Source: Myxococcota bacterium
GTDB taxonomy: Bacteria; Myxococcota; JACRCW01
Assembly: GCA_040752415.1 (NCBI GenBank)
Contig: JBFMGU010000083.1
Location: forward strand, 1-39,186
Direction: 5' to 3'
Length of the DNA: 39,186 bases
Positions 1 through 9,564 of the stretch are shown in pieces. The notes below the pieces were generated by a model. It saw only the letters and a program-made list of their open reading frames with translations. It was not told the DNA's origin and did no database searches. A program made the translations under genes and the position numbers. Position 1 is the stretch's first letter; each line of letters begins with the position of its first letter.

Positions 1-2
1 CG

Positions 3-281
3 CCGCTGAAGTACCCGGAGGTGGAGCCCGTCTTCATCGTCCACTGCCACCGGTGCCACCACAAGGACCACAGCACCAACACCAAGGCCATGGCGGTCTA
101 TGAAGGCTCCGCCTACCCGTTCCCCAGCACGGACCGACCCGACCGCATCCTGGCGGGCCTGGAGGACATGTTCCGCACCCGGCGCGGCCTGGACGACGCG
201 GAGCGCTGCCTGGCGCTGACGTGGATTGCCGGCGGCGCGCGGGATTCCGAGGGGAACCTGCCGCCCTGGCCGCAGCCCTGA
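3..281 (+). CDS. c-type cytochrome domain protein, 5'-truncated by the window edge
   Basis: Frame is open from the window edge (PLKYPEVEPVFIVH...). It has a CxxCH haem motif (CHRCH) and a C-terminal 'LTWIAGGA' like planctomycete-type cytochrome c domains. Confidence 0.6.
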   Translation, partial: PLKYPEVEPVFIVHCHRCHHKDHSTNTKAMAVYEGSAYPFPSTDRPDRILAGLEDMFRTRRGLDDAERCLALTWIAGGARDSEGNLPPWPQP

Positions 282-291
282 GTGGACCGCT

Positions 292-1347
292 TCACGGCTC
301 CGCGGCGCCCCCTCCGACGAGAACGGGCCGCTTCACCAACACAATCTCCATGCGCCGGTTCTTCTTGCGGTTGGCCTGCGTGTCATTGCGCGCCACCGGC
401 CGCGACTGCCCCTGCCCCACCGCGGTTCCCCGCCCGGTCTCCAGGTTCCCAGACTCCAGCAGGTACTCCAACACCGCCGCCGCGCGCGCCGACGAGAGTG
501 CCCAGTTGCTGGAGAAGCGCGGCGTCTTCACGGGCTGGTTGTCGGTGTGGCCTTCCACACGCAGCTCGTAGCCCGGGAACTCGGCCAGCACGCCGGCGAC
601 CCGTCGGAGCGTGGGCTTGACGTCGTCTTTGAGCGTGGCGCTGGCGGGCGCGAACGCGCTGTCTCCCTCGACGGTGATCACCACGCGCTCTCCCTGCACC
701 ACCACCGGGACGCGCGCGTCCGAGAGCTCACCCCGGAGCGCGGTGGCCACCCGGTCCAGGTCGGAGCGCAACGCCTCCCGTGCCTGCTGCTCCTCGGCAA
801 GCTTCCGCTCCGCGGCCTGGAGCGCGGTACGCAGCCGGGCCTGTTCCTCGTCGGACTTGCGGCGTTGCGCATCCAGCTCGGCGGCGGCCTTCTCCAGATC
901 TGCCTGGTAGCGCTGCTGCAGCTCGGTGTGTGCGTCGGAGAGCTTCTTGTTGGCGGCGCCGCCGCGCTCCCGGAGCGCTTCCACCTGCTTCTTGAGCTCC
1001 TGGAGCTGGATGCCCATGCGCTCCTCGTTCCAGGCGGCCTGGTCCTTCAGCTCGTCGACCTCCTGCAGGTGCGCACGCTCCACCTCCGCGGCCTTCTCCT
1101 TCACCACGGCGAGATCCCGGCCACACGCCTCCGCCTGCGCGCCCAGCTCCCGGACCCGCGCCTCCGCGGCCTGCTTCCCCCGTCGTGCATCCTCCGCGTC
1201 CCCCTCGGCGGAGTGCGCCCTTGCGCGGGCCTCCAGCAGAGCCGCCTCGGTCTGCGCCTTCTCCCCCTCCAGCTTCTCGTACTTCTGCGACGACACACAG
1301 CCCGTCCCCGCAAGCAGCGCGCCGGACAGGATCACCCGCAGCCACAT
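292..1347 (-). CDS. OmpA/MotB-family peptidoglycan-binding lipoprotein with long coiled coil
   Basis: Lipobox-like MWLRVILSGALLAGTGC from ATG 1347; E/A/K/R-rich coiled coil; C-terminal VEGHTDN, NWALSSARA, G.GQSRP and NRRMEI motifs. Confidence 0.88.
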   Translation of the reverse strand: MWLRVILSGALLAGTGCVSSQKYEKLEGEKAQTEAALLEARARAHSAEGDAEDARRGKQAAEARVRELGAQAEACGRDLAVVKEKAAEVERAHLQEVDELKDQAAWNEERMGIQLQELKKQVEALRERGGAANKKLSDAHTELQQRYQADLEKAAAELDAQRRKSDEEQARLRTALQAAERKLAEEQQAREALRSDLDRVATALRGELSDARVPVVVQGERVVITVEGDSAFAPASATLKDDVKPTLRRVAGVLAEFPGYELRVEGHTDNQPVKTPRFSSNWALSSARAAAVLEYLLESGNLETGRGTAVGQGQSRPVARNDTQANRKKNRRMEIVLVKRPVLVGGGAAEP

Positions 1348-1450
1348 GGCAAACCCCGCGTTCCAGGATCCGCGGGCACATACCACCGGTCACGCGTCGG
1401 CCGTTGGGCGGGGATGGGGGGCGTGGCCACAAACATGCCACCCGCACCGG

Positions 1451-4285
1451 ATGCGCATAGACTGGACCGCCCCAGCTCCGTCCATGGCCGCAACCGTCCC
1501 CTTCCGACAACCCATCGAGCTCGTGGTGACGCTGAAGTACGCGTCCCTCGACGAGTTCGACGTGGGTTTTGCCCCGTGCGTGGGCGCGGAGGTGGTGTTC
1601 TTCAAGACCAAGGCCACCAAGCCGGTGGGCACGCTGGTGCGCCTGGAGCTGAAGCTGCGCGACGGACAGCCGGCGCTGGTGGTGGAGGGCCAGGTCCTGT
1701 GGGCGGTGGGCCCGGACCGTCTCCCGCGCGGGCGCACCGCGGGGATGGGCATCCACTGCACGCCATGCGACGAGCCAAGCGCGCAGCGGCTGCGCCAGAT
1801 CCTGAAGGTCCACGGCGAGGGCGAGCTGGCGCGGGTGCCGGGGGCGTGGGCGCTGGACGCGCTCTCCAAGCAGTTCCCGCGCGCCGCCCGACGACTGGGG
1901 AGCGCCGCGGGTCTCTCCGGCACGGATGCGCTGGGCGAGGACCTCGACGACGCCTTCACGGCGGTGATGAAGGACGGGGAGCCTCCACCGCCGCCGCAAC
2001 CTCCGACGGAAACGCTGTTGCAGACCTTGGCCGCGGTGGGCAGCAGCGTGCCCGTGGCTCCGCCGCTTGCGCCGCCGCGCGAGCCGGAAGCGGAGTGGTC
2101 CCTCAAGGCGCCTGTCACGCCGCCGGTTCCGTCGCCACCGCCGCGCCCGACGCTCGCTTCACCTCCTCGCACGCCACCACCCGCCCCCGTGGCGCCCCCG
2201 GTGTCCTCAAGCCCGGCGCCGCTGCACCGCGAGCCCACCGACCCGCTCCGCAACCTCTCCGGCCTCGGCGGAGGCAGCATCGAGGTGCGCGGGACGGATG
2301 CGCCCGTGATGGAACCGGCCCCGGCGCCCCGGACCCCGCGTCCCACCCCACTCATCCCGGAAGGCTACCGACGGACGCCCGCGCAGGTCCCGGTGTTCAC
2401 CCCGCCGCCGCCCGCGCCCGTCGACGACGTGCCGGAGGCGGACGCCGAGCTGGTGGAGGCCCTGCCCGACCCCGTGGTGCCCCCTGAGGCGCCGCCGCCC
2501 TCGCCGGTTGTCGCGGAACAGGCCAGTGCCCCCGAGGAGATTCGCGCCGAAGACGAGCCGGCCAACCCGCCCGAGGAGAACACCGCCGCGGTCATGACGT
2601 CGCTGGTGGCGGAGGTGGTGGCGCAGGAGGCGGTTCTCGACGTGGCGTCCCCCGCGCCTTCAACTCCGTCGGTGGACCAGCCTGCCCTCGAGGCTGCGCC
2701 CGTCACGTCTTCTCCGGTGGATGCCGCGTCCGAGGAGCCGGCCCGCCCCGCGCCGGAGCCGGAAGTCGTCCCGTCGGAAAACGTGGTGCCCTCGACGGAC
2801 GCGGTGGTGCCCACGGAGCCCGCGGCGGTGGCGCAGGAGGCCGCCGTTGTCGAGGCGGTGGCCGCGCCCGAGCCCCCGGAGGTGGTTGCGGCCCCCCTGG
2901 AGGCTCCGCCAGTCGAGACGAGCGAACCGCCGCTTCCACCGCCGGTTGATGAGCCCACCGCGGACGGTTTCTCCGACGAGGAAACCACCGCCGCGGCCGC
3001 CGCGCGCATCCCGGTGGCCTACCAGTTCACCGTGGGACGCGACCCGCGCACAGGGATGGAGCCGCCGTTGGTGGTGGAGCCCATCTATTGGCCGCTGGGG
3101 GACCGCACCAAGCGGGAGCTGCCCACGCCGCCGCCCATGGACGAGGCCGCCTTCGCGCGCACCAACGCGGTGCTGCACGAGACGTTCGACAGCGGCTTCA
3201 GCTCCGCGCCACCTCCCCTGCCCGGCTCCCGCGTCATCGAGGAGCCCGCCGGCGACGACCCGTGGGCCCCGGCTCCATCGACGCCCATGCCCACCACGGT
3301 GGCGCGCGGCTGGCCGGAGGACGGGCCCACCGACGACTCCGGCATCCCGCCCATCCGCCAGGAGGAACCGGAAGCGGACGTGTTCGCGTCGCTGCCCGGC
3401 GGCTCCCCACGCCTGCTCAGCCTCTCCGACGTTCCCGAGGTGACCCCGCCCCTGGGCGTGCGCGCCCTGCCGCGACCGGTTCCCGCGCCGGAGCCGACGC
3501 CCAGCGCGTTCGCGGATCCCCCCGTGGACAACGCGCCCACGCCCGCGCCGGAAGGCGTTGCCCCGTCGGACAGCGGGGCGGCAACGTCGTCACCCGTGCT
3601 GGATGAGCCCACGCTGGCCGGAGAGATGGAGCCCGCGCCCGCCGCGCCCGCCGGCAACGACGTCGACGACGTGTTTGGCAACGTGCCCCCGCTCCCCGCG
3701 GAGCTGGGCGGCGTCCACCACGCGCAGCACGAGATCACCGTCATCACGGAGGCCATCTCCGACGGAGGGGAGAGCCCCGCGAGCACACCCGCCGCCACCG
3801 CGTCGGAACCGGAGGGTCCGCCCCCGGCGCCCACGGGTCCCGCGGCGCTGGTGCAGGGCATTGGCATTGCGCTCCCGGGCGGTCGTCTCCGTCGGGTGCT
3901 GCACCCCGGCGCGGCCATTCCCGCGCAGTGGAGCAAGGTGGTGCCCGGCACGCGGGGCAGCGGCGCGCTGGAGCTGGAGCTGCATGAGAGCCCGTCCGAC
4001 CGCGTGGCCGACGGGCAGCTGCTGGGCAAGGTCACCCTCAAGCCCCCGCGCCCCGACGCTGGCCTGGAGTGGCACGTGGACATGTCCGTGGACGCCGACG
4101 CGGTGCTGGTGGTGACGGCGTATCCCACCGGCGCGCCCGACGTGGCCACCGAGCGCTGCTTTGCGCTGGAGAACACCACCTCGCCGGGACGGGCGCGGGT
4201 GGCCCGTTCCCAGCGCGACCTCCCCGAGCAGCGTCGCGGCTCCGGCGGACTGTTGAGCGGGATGAAGCGGCTGATTGGCCGGTGA
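1451..4285 (+). CDS. TIGR02266-like (PilZ-type) domain, long Pro/Ala/Glu-rich linker, and C-terminal Hsp70 peptide-binding-like domain
   Basis: N-terminal LKYASLDEF..F.KT...KPVGTLVRLELKL...GQVLW...GMGI; low-complexity middle; C-terminal IGIALPGG...PAQWSKVV...LELHESPSDRVADGQLLGKVTL...VDADAVLVV resembles the DnaK substrate-binding beta domain. Start could be 1451 or 1484. Confidence 0.7.
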   Translation: MRIDWTAPAPSMAATVPFRQPIELVVTLKYASLDEFDVGFAPCVGAEVVFFKTKATKPVGTLVRLELKLRDGQPALVVEGQVLWAVGPDRLPRGRTAGMGIHCTPCDEPSAQRLRQILKVHGEGELARVPGAWALDALSKQFPRAARRLGSAAGLSGTDALGEDLDDAFTAVMKDGEPPPPPQPPTETLLQTLAAVGSSVPVAPPLAPPREPEAEWSLKAPVTPPVPSPPPRPTLASPPRTPPPAPVAPPVSSSPAPLHREPTDPLRNLSGLGGGSIEVRGTDAPVMEPAPAPRTPRPTPLIPEGYRRTPAQVPVFTPPPPAPVDDVPEADAELVEALPDPVVPPEAPPPSPVVAEQASAPEEIRAEDEPANPPEENTAAVMTSLVAEVVAQEAVLDVASPAPSTPSVDQPALEAAPVTSSPVDAASEEPARPAPEPEVVPSENVVPSTDAVVPTEPAAVAQEAAVVEAVAAPEPPEVVAAPLEAPPVETSEPPLPPPVDEPTADGFSDEETTAAAAARIPVAYQFTVGRDPRTGMEPPLVVEPIYWPLGDRTKRELPTPPPMDEAAFARTNAVLHETFDSGFSSAPPPLPGSRVIEEPAGDDPWAPAPSTPMPTTVARGWPEDGPTDDSGIPPIRQEEPEADVFASLPGGSPRLLSLSDVPEVTPPLGVRALPRPVPAPEPTPSAFADPPVDNAPTPAPEGVAPSDSGAATSSPVLDEPTLAGEMEPAPAAPAGNDVDDVFGNVPPLPAELGGVHHAQHEITVITEAISDGGESPASTPAATASEPEGPPPAPTGPAALVQGIGIALPGGRLRRVLHPGAAIPAQWSKVVPGTRGSGALELELHESPSDRVADGQLLGKVTLKPPRPDAGLEWHVDMSVDADAVLVVTAYPTGAPDVATERCFALENTTSPGRARVARSQRDLPEQRRGSGGLLSGMKRLIGR

Positions 4286-4298
4286 GCGCGGAGGGCCC

Positions 4299-4661
4299 AT
4301 GGATCAGGTGTTCGTGGAAGGGCTGGAGTTCACCGGGCGTCACGGCGTCACCGCGCGGGAGCGCCGGGTGGGCCACCGCTGTCGCGCCGACGTGGTGGTG
4401 TGGCTGGATACCGCGCCCGCCGCCGCGCAGGACCAGGTGAAGCTCACCGCGAACTACGCGCGCCTCTCGGAAATCGTCTTCACCATGGCCACCGAGCAGT
4501 CCTACCGGCTCCTGGAGACGCTAGCGGAGCGCGTGGCGGAGGCCATCCTGGCGGAGATGCCGGTGGCCCGCGTGGAGGTGGCCATCCGCAAGCTGCGGGT
4601 GCCAGTGCCGGGAAGCCCGGAGAGCTGCGGCGTGCGCATCCTGCGGGACCGCCAACGCTGA
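4299..4661 (+). CDS. folB: dihydroneopterin aldolase
   Basis: MDQVFVEGLEFTGRHGV..RER..G, NYA and LLETLAERVA motifs; 120 aa; GGAGGG RBS upstream. Confidence 0.92.
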   Translation: MDQVFVEGLEFTGRHGVTARERRVGHRCRADVVVWLDTAPAAAQDQVKLTANYARLSEIVFTMATEQSYRLLETLAERVAEAILAEMPVARVEVAIRKLRVPVPGSPESCGVRILRDRQR

Positions 4662-4739
4662 ATTGCCCGCAAAGTTGACTTCCTGCCCCCCTCCGTGCTG
4701 ACTCTCCGTCGACCCGTCGTCGAATCCTCGAGGAAACCC

Positions 4740-5363
4740 ATGCTCAAGAGAATGACCCTTGTCGTCGTCCCCGCGCTGCTGGCCCTGGCGTGCAAGCCGG
4801 ACGTTGCCACCGTGGAGGTCACCCCGCCCGACGTGAAACTGGGCGCCGTGGGCGCCACCGCGCAGCTCAAGGCGGAATCCAAGGACAAGGAAGGCAAGGC
4901 CCTGGAGAACCGCACGTACACCTGGAAGTCCAGCAGCGACGCCGTGGCCACGGTGGACGGCGCCGGGAAGGTGATCGCCCGTGGCGACGGAGAGGCCACC
5001 ATCACCGCCACCGACGGAGAGAAGCCGGAGACCGCGAAGAGCGGCAGCGCCAAGGTGGAGGTGTCCATCCCGTCCCGCGTGGAGGTCTCCCCGCCCACCC
5101 TGACCTTGAAGACAGGTGAGCCCGCGGCGCCGGTGACCGCGCGTGTCCTGGACAGCCGCGGCAAGGAAGTGAAGGCCGACGCCATCACCTGGTCCACCGA
5201 CAAGGAGAACGTGGCGCGCGTGGAGAACGGCAATGTGACGGCAGCCGGCGTGGGCATGGCCACCGTCACCGCCACCAGCGGCAAGCTGACCGGCCAGGTC
5301 ACCGTGGTGGTCACCGAGGGCAGCACCGACGGTGGCGCCGCGCCGGTGGAAGAGAAGAAGTAA
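4740..5363 (+). CDS. lipoprotein with two bacterial Ig-like (Big_2) domains
   Basis: Lipobox LLALAC; two repeats of V.V.P...TW.S....VA.V..G.V.A.G.G.AT(I/V)TAT. Confidence 0.85.
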   Translation: MLKRMTLVVVPALLALACKPDVATVEVTPPDVKLGAVGATAQLKAESKDKEGKALENRTYTWKSSSDAVATVDGAGKVIARGDGEATITATDGEKPETAKSGSAKVEVSIPSRVEVSPPTLTLKTGEPAAPVTARVLDSRGKEVKADAITWSTDKENVARVENGNVTAAGVGMATVTATSGKLTGQVTVVVTEGSTDGGAAPVEEKK

Positions 5364-5371
5364 GCGTTTTG

Positions 5372-6550
5372 ATGGTCGCGCGTCGCACGGGGGTGGGGAA
5401 GCCGCTGCGCGTCGCGTTGCTGGTCATCCTGGCGGTTTTCCTCGTCGTCAGCCTGCGCATCCTGCTCCTGCGCGCGGACTACGCCCCCGGCGCCCCCACC
5501 CATTCCGCATCCGTTGCCACGTCGTGGGGACGGCCGTTCTCCGGCCCGCAGGGCCCCTTCACGTACGCCGGCGCGGTGCACGTGCACACGGAGGTCTCCG
5601 CCGACGCGCGCGTGCCCCTCTCCGACGTGGTGGCCGCGGCGCGGGAGGCGGGCCTCTCCTTCGTGGTCCTCACCGAGCACGACGTGGTGCATCCGCTGGG
5701 GGCCCGCGCGCGCGTGCAGGACGGCGTGCTCCTGGTGGCCGCGGTGGAATGGAGCGCATCCGACGGACACCTGCTGGACTTCTCGCCCACGCCATCGCGC
5801 GGCCCGTACCGGACGGGGGTGGAGGCGGTGGCGGCGTGTCGTGCGAGCGGAGGGCCGTGCGTGGTGGCGCACCCCACCAGCTGGCGACGTCAGTGGCTCT
5901 CCACCTGGCAGGGCGTGGACGGGATGGAGATCCACAGCGGCATGGCGGCCGTGGGTGACCAGCTCAAGCCGCCCTTCCTGCAGCTGGGCTGGACGGCGTG
6001 GCAAACGCTGCTCAACCCCGGCATGGGCCTGTGGCCTTCCGGCGCGGCGCAGGAGCGAGCGCTGTGGATGCACGAGGCCTACGCGCAGGTGCAGCCCATG
6101 AGCGCGTGGTGCAGCCCGGACCTGCACGGCCACCTGCCGCTACGCGAGAACCTGGCGGGCTTCCTCACGCTGGTGGGCCTGCCACAGCCGCTGGATGGTG
6201 ATGCCCTGGTGGCTGCGCAACAGCTTGTGGATGCCCTGCCGCGCGGCGTGTGCGTGAACGCACTGGCGGGGTGGGTCGACGGGCTCCGGCTGGAGGCAGA
6301 TGGTTCCAGGGTGCGCGCGCGCGGACAACTTGCGCACGCGGCGGGTCCAGCGCGCCTGGTGCTGCTCAAGGACAGCGTGCAGATCAGCGAGGTGTCGATC
6401 TCCGCGCGCGTTCCGGCGGAGGTGGAAGCGCCGCGCACGGATGGCACGTGGCGAGCGGAAATCCGTGTCAGCGCGCCGGGTTTCATCTTCCCGCGCGAGC
6501 ACAGCGCCGCCGTGTCCGTGTTGCGGGTGGATGCATCCGAAGGGCGCTGA
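5372..6550 (+). CDS. membrane-anchored PHP-domain (CehA/McbA-like) metallohydrolase
   Basis: N-terminal TM helix; HVHT..S.D, TEHD, VEW, AHP, EIHS and DLH metal-ligand motifs in PHP order. Confidence 0.72.
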   Translation: MVARRTGVGKPLRVALLVILAVFLVVSLRILLLRADYAPGAPTHSASVATSWGRPFSGPQGPFTYAGAVHVHTEVSADARVPLSDVVAAAREAGLSFVVLTEHDVVHPLGARARVQDGVLLVAAVEWSASDGHLLDFSPTPSRGPYRTGVEAVAACRASGGPCVVAHPTSWRRQWLSTWQGVDGMEIHSGMAAVGDQLKPPFLQLGWTAWQTLLNPGMGLWPSGAAQERALWMHEAYAQVQPMSAWCSPDLHGHLPLRENLAGFLTLVGLPQPLDGDALVAAQQLVDALPRGVCVNALAGWVDGLRLEADGSRVRARGQLAHAAGPARLVLLKDSVQISEVSISARVPAEVEAPRTDGTWRAEIRVSAPGFIFPREHSAAVSVLRVDASEGR

Positions 6551-6679
6551 GTGGAGCAGGACGGCGGCATTTTTTTTGAGCGTGAGCACAAGCGGGTTTA
6601 GCTTGAGCGCAGCAGGTCGGGACGCCAACGCGAGACACGCGCAGGGCGTCACAGGCCGAAATCCTCGACGGAGACAAGC

Positions 6680-7615
6680 ATGTCCGCTCGCCGCGCTACG
6701 CTGGTGCCGCTACCCGTGTCTTCAGAGAACGAAGGACGAAGCAGCCTGCTGCCTCACCCTTCGCGCCGCTCGCAGGTGCCCACGCTGGTTCCGCAGCCGT
6801 CCGCCAAGGTGTTCCCGTCGGAGCAGCGCGCCGACAAGGTCATCCCGGCCATGAACCACGTCTACGGCGGCGACGCCATTGACGTCATGCGCAGCTGGGA
6901 GCCCTCCATCTTCCACGCCTGCATCACCGACCCGCCCTACAACATCGCGGCGAACCGCAAGGGACTGTCCTGGGCGTTCTCCAGCCACGTGACGCTGAAC
7001 GAGGACTGGGACCGCTTCACGCAGGACGAGTACGTGGATTTCACGCGCGTGTGGCTCAAGGAGGTGTGCCGCCTGGTGAAGCAGAACGGCAACATCTTCA
7101 TCTTCGGCAGCTACCACAACATCTACACGATCGGTGCGGTGGCGCGGGAGATGAAGCTGCGCATTGTGAACTCCATCATCTGGGCCAAGCCCAACGCGCA
7201 GCCCAACATCACCTGCCGCATGTTCACCGAATCCACCGAGCAGATCCTGTGGCTGTGCAACAACCACGAGGACAAGGCCAAGAACTGGACCTTCAACTAC
7301 CACGACATGAAGGAGATGAACGGCGGCAAGCAGATGCGGAACTTCTGGGAGATTCCGCTGACGCCGCCGCGTGAGCGTACCCACGGCAAGCACCCCAGCC
7401 AGAAGCCGCTGGCAGTGATGGAGCGACTGGTGCTGGCCGGCACCAACCCGGGTGACCGCGTGCTGGACTGCTTCCTGGGCAGCGGCTCGACGGCGCTGGC
7501 GTGCGAGATCCACAAGCGGAACTGGGCCGGCATCGAGCGGGATGATGGTTACCGGGAGATGACCATGTCACGCGTGAAGACGTGGCGGGACCAGAAGCAG
7601 ATTCCGACGCGGTGA
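6680..7615 (+). CDS. site-specific DNA methyltransferase (N6-adenine/N4-cytosine, beta class), DpnA-like
   Basis: Catalytic DPPY precedes HPSQKP and the SAM-binding DCFLGSGST (beta order). The true start may be downstream (e.g. ATG 6851). Confidence 0.92.
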   Translation: MSARRATLVPLPVSSENEGRSSLLPHPSRRSQVPTLVPQPSAKVFPSEQRADKVIPAMNHVYGGDAIDVMRSWEPSIFHACITDPPYNIAANRKGLSWAFSSHVTLNEDWDRFTQDEYVDFTRVWLKEVCRLVKQNGNIFIFGSYHNIYTIGAVAREMKLRIVNSIIWAKPNAQPNITCRMFTESTEQILWLCNNHEDKAKNWTFNYHDMKEMNGGKQMRNFWEIPLTPPRERTHGKHPSQKPLAVMERLVLAGTNPGDRVLDCFLGSGSTALACEIHKRNWAGIERDDGYREMTMSRVKTWRDQKQIPTR

Positions 7616-7654
7616 TTAGACTCGCGGCAGACGAAGAACGGCGTCCGCGCCCAC

Positions 7655-9175
7655 TCAGGGCTCAACAACGAAACGCTTGACGATGATCTTGTACTCCTCG
7701 GATGCCGTGTAGACCAACGCCACCATCCACCACGACGTGCCGTCCCACCCGTACCTCACTCCTGGAAGAATTGCCTCGGTCGCTTCGTCGCCGTTGCTGT
7801 GAAGTCCCTCCAGGCGAATCCATTCACGATCAATGTACGTGAGATCGGGTCCGCGACGCCGCATGGCCAACTGGTTCGGGTACGGGGTCGCCTCGACAAA
7901 ATCCGCAAGGAGGCGGTTGGGGCCTCTCATCCGCGCTGGTCTGTAGCGCGGAAAAGCTCCATCGCGTTCCAAGTCAAGGACGGTGATGACGTTAGGTGCT
8001 CCGACGGCATCCCACGTGAGAATGCTGGCAAGAGTGTCATCGCGCAAGCTGGGGTCGCAGTACGAGGCCGGGAAGTGGGCGGTGCAGCAAGACTCCATGA
8101 ACATCACAAGCGACTCACGCGGCGGAGGAAAGTCCACGTTTGTCTCTAGAAGCGTTTGGCACGCTGCAGCGGCCACGACCCATGGCATTTCCAAACGGAC
8201 CCCGGTCGGCTCACCAAGGTCATCCACGACGATGAATGCCAGTGAATGTTGCTGCCCTTCCTGATCACACGACTCCTCGAGACGAACGACGGTACCGCCC
8301 ACCAGCACATACTCCACGCGCTCGTTCGCGCGGCGGGAGAGCATCCATGCGTCATGAATCGGCCGGACCCACTGTGTAACGCCGTCGTGAGCCAACCGCG
8401 CCTCGCCGTAGAAGCCTGATGTCTCCCCATCCCAATCCCTTCGACTCCACCAACTGAAGACGCACTCCCCAGACTGGCACGCCGCCTCGCTGCGCCCGTC
8501 ACGCACCCCTTCTCGCGACAGTGGCACCTCAGGCATCAGGAACGGTGCATCGACGAACTCGAAACAGTCCGAAAGCGGACAACTCCTGAACTGAACTCCG
8601 CCATCAGGGACATCGTGATAGCCCGCACTCCGATATCTCTCCCCGTCCCAGTTTCGCTCATCATCGCGCCACCCGGCGGAATTGCACCCTCCTGGCGTAC
8701 TGGACAACTCGCCAACGTACTCAATCCGAATGAGACCGGTGGCCTCTTCCCACGCGCGATAGCGAAAGCGGTCCGCGAGCACAAACATGATTCCGTTGCC
8801 GCAGGGCCGCACAAGAATCGATGACTGATCATTGACGCGCGCGACGTCACTCAGACTCCCGCGCGCCAACAGTCGCGGGTTTCCGCTCGCATCGGGCGGA
8901 TCGAGGTTCGCAGCATCCGACGAGAACAACTGGCACGAGCCCACGCCTCCATCGAGGGTGGATGCATCTGGCCGACCCTCCCGAACGCGACCATCGCGCC
9001 CTGCGTCCCGGCCCTCCGCTGCGTCCGGAATGGTGCCTGCGTCAAGCGCCTGTCGCGTCGAATTCTGCTCGTGCATGGCACAACCGCTCGCGACCACAAC
9101 GAAGGGGACGAGCAGCGTCACGGAGACGCTCCCGCGTCCTGCCCACGTCGCGAATGGTCGCACGCCTGAGTCCAT
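7655..9175 (-). CDS. hypothetical Cys-rich exported protein, probably a lipoprotein, with atypical composition
   Basis: Open frame of about 500 codons with a hydrophobic stretch ending VVVASGC and DAG/DGG-rich linker; GC is lower than in the flanks; start uncertain (9211, 9175 or later). Confidence 0.6.
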   Translation of the reverse strand: MDSGVRPFATWAGRGSVSVTLLVPFVVVASGCAMHEQNSTRQALDAGTIPDAAEGRDAGRDGRVREGRPDASTLDGGVGSCQLFSSDAANLDPPDASGNPRLLARGSLSDVARVNDQSSILVRPCGNGIMFVLADRFRYRAWEEATGLIRIEYVGELSSTPGGCNSAGWRDDERNWDGERYRSAGYHDVPDGGVQFRSCPLSDCFEFVDAPFLMPEVPLSREGVRDGRSEAACQSGECVFSWWSRRDWDGETSGFYGEARLAHDGVTQWVRPIHDAWMLSRRANERVEYVLVGGTVVRLEESCDQEGQQHSLAFIVVDDLGEPTGVRLEMPWVVAAAACQTLLETNVDFPPPRESLVMFMESCCTAHFPASYCDPSLRDDTLASILTWDAVGAPNVITVLDLERDGAFPRYRPARMRGPNRLLADFVEATPYPNQLAMRRRGPDLTYIDREWIRLEGLHSNGDEATEAILPGVRYGWDGTSWWMVALVYTASEEYKIIVKRFVVEP

Positions 9176-9564
9176 CGAGCACCGCGCCAGGAAGACCAGC
9201 GCAAACGTCAAAGCGACGGAGACCGCATCACCCGTTTGACAGTGAATACGCAGCGACGATTCTAGTTCTAGTCATTCCCGCACACGTAGGCTCCGAAAGC
9301 GCGACGTCGTAAAGACGACCGTAAACCCGCCGTCATCCACGACAGGAAAGTAGCCGGAAATCCATCAAGGATGGCTCCCGTCCAAGTGACACAGCAATCC
9401 AGGTAGGAAGTCTGAACGGCGCGCCCCCAACGGCGCAAGGGGGGGCAACATGTAGGCGAACCACACACGAGCGGTCGCACCATCGGCCACCACCCTACTT
9501 CTTCCTAACCCCAGCGGCGCCTTTTCCCGTCGACACCAAACCGCTGGGATCCTCGGGTTCCTCA

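Noticed and set aside
292..1347. Calling this flagellar motB
   Set aside because: Lipoprotein-like N terminus, no stator TM Asp motif, and no motA or flagellar genes nearby.
226..2487. 753-aa ORF and many other long overlapping ORFs (e.g. 4502-6133, 14229-16070, 21784-23247, 33400-34677)
   Set aside because: Shadow frames of motif-bearing genes; expected at high GC where stops are rare; Arg/Gly/Pro-rich with no motifs.
6570..6577. T8 run upstream of the methyltransferase as a terminator or phase-variation tract
   Set aside because: No convincing stem precedes it and it lies outside the coding frame; unsupported without read-level variation.
6680..9211. Type II restriction-modification pair
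   Set aside because: The convergent ORF looks exported and shows no recognisable PD-(D/E)xK or HNH motif.
9510..9548. CCCAGCGG/CCGCTGGG inverted repeat after waaA as a terminator
   Set aside because: 23-nt loop and no U-tract; plausible by chance at this GC.
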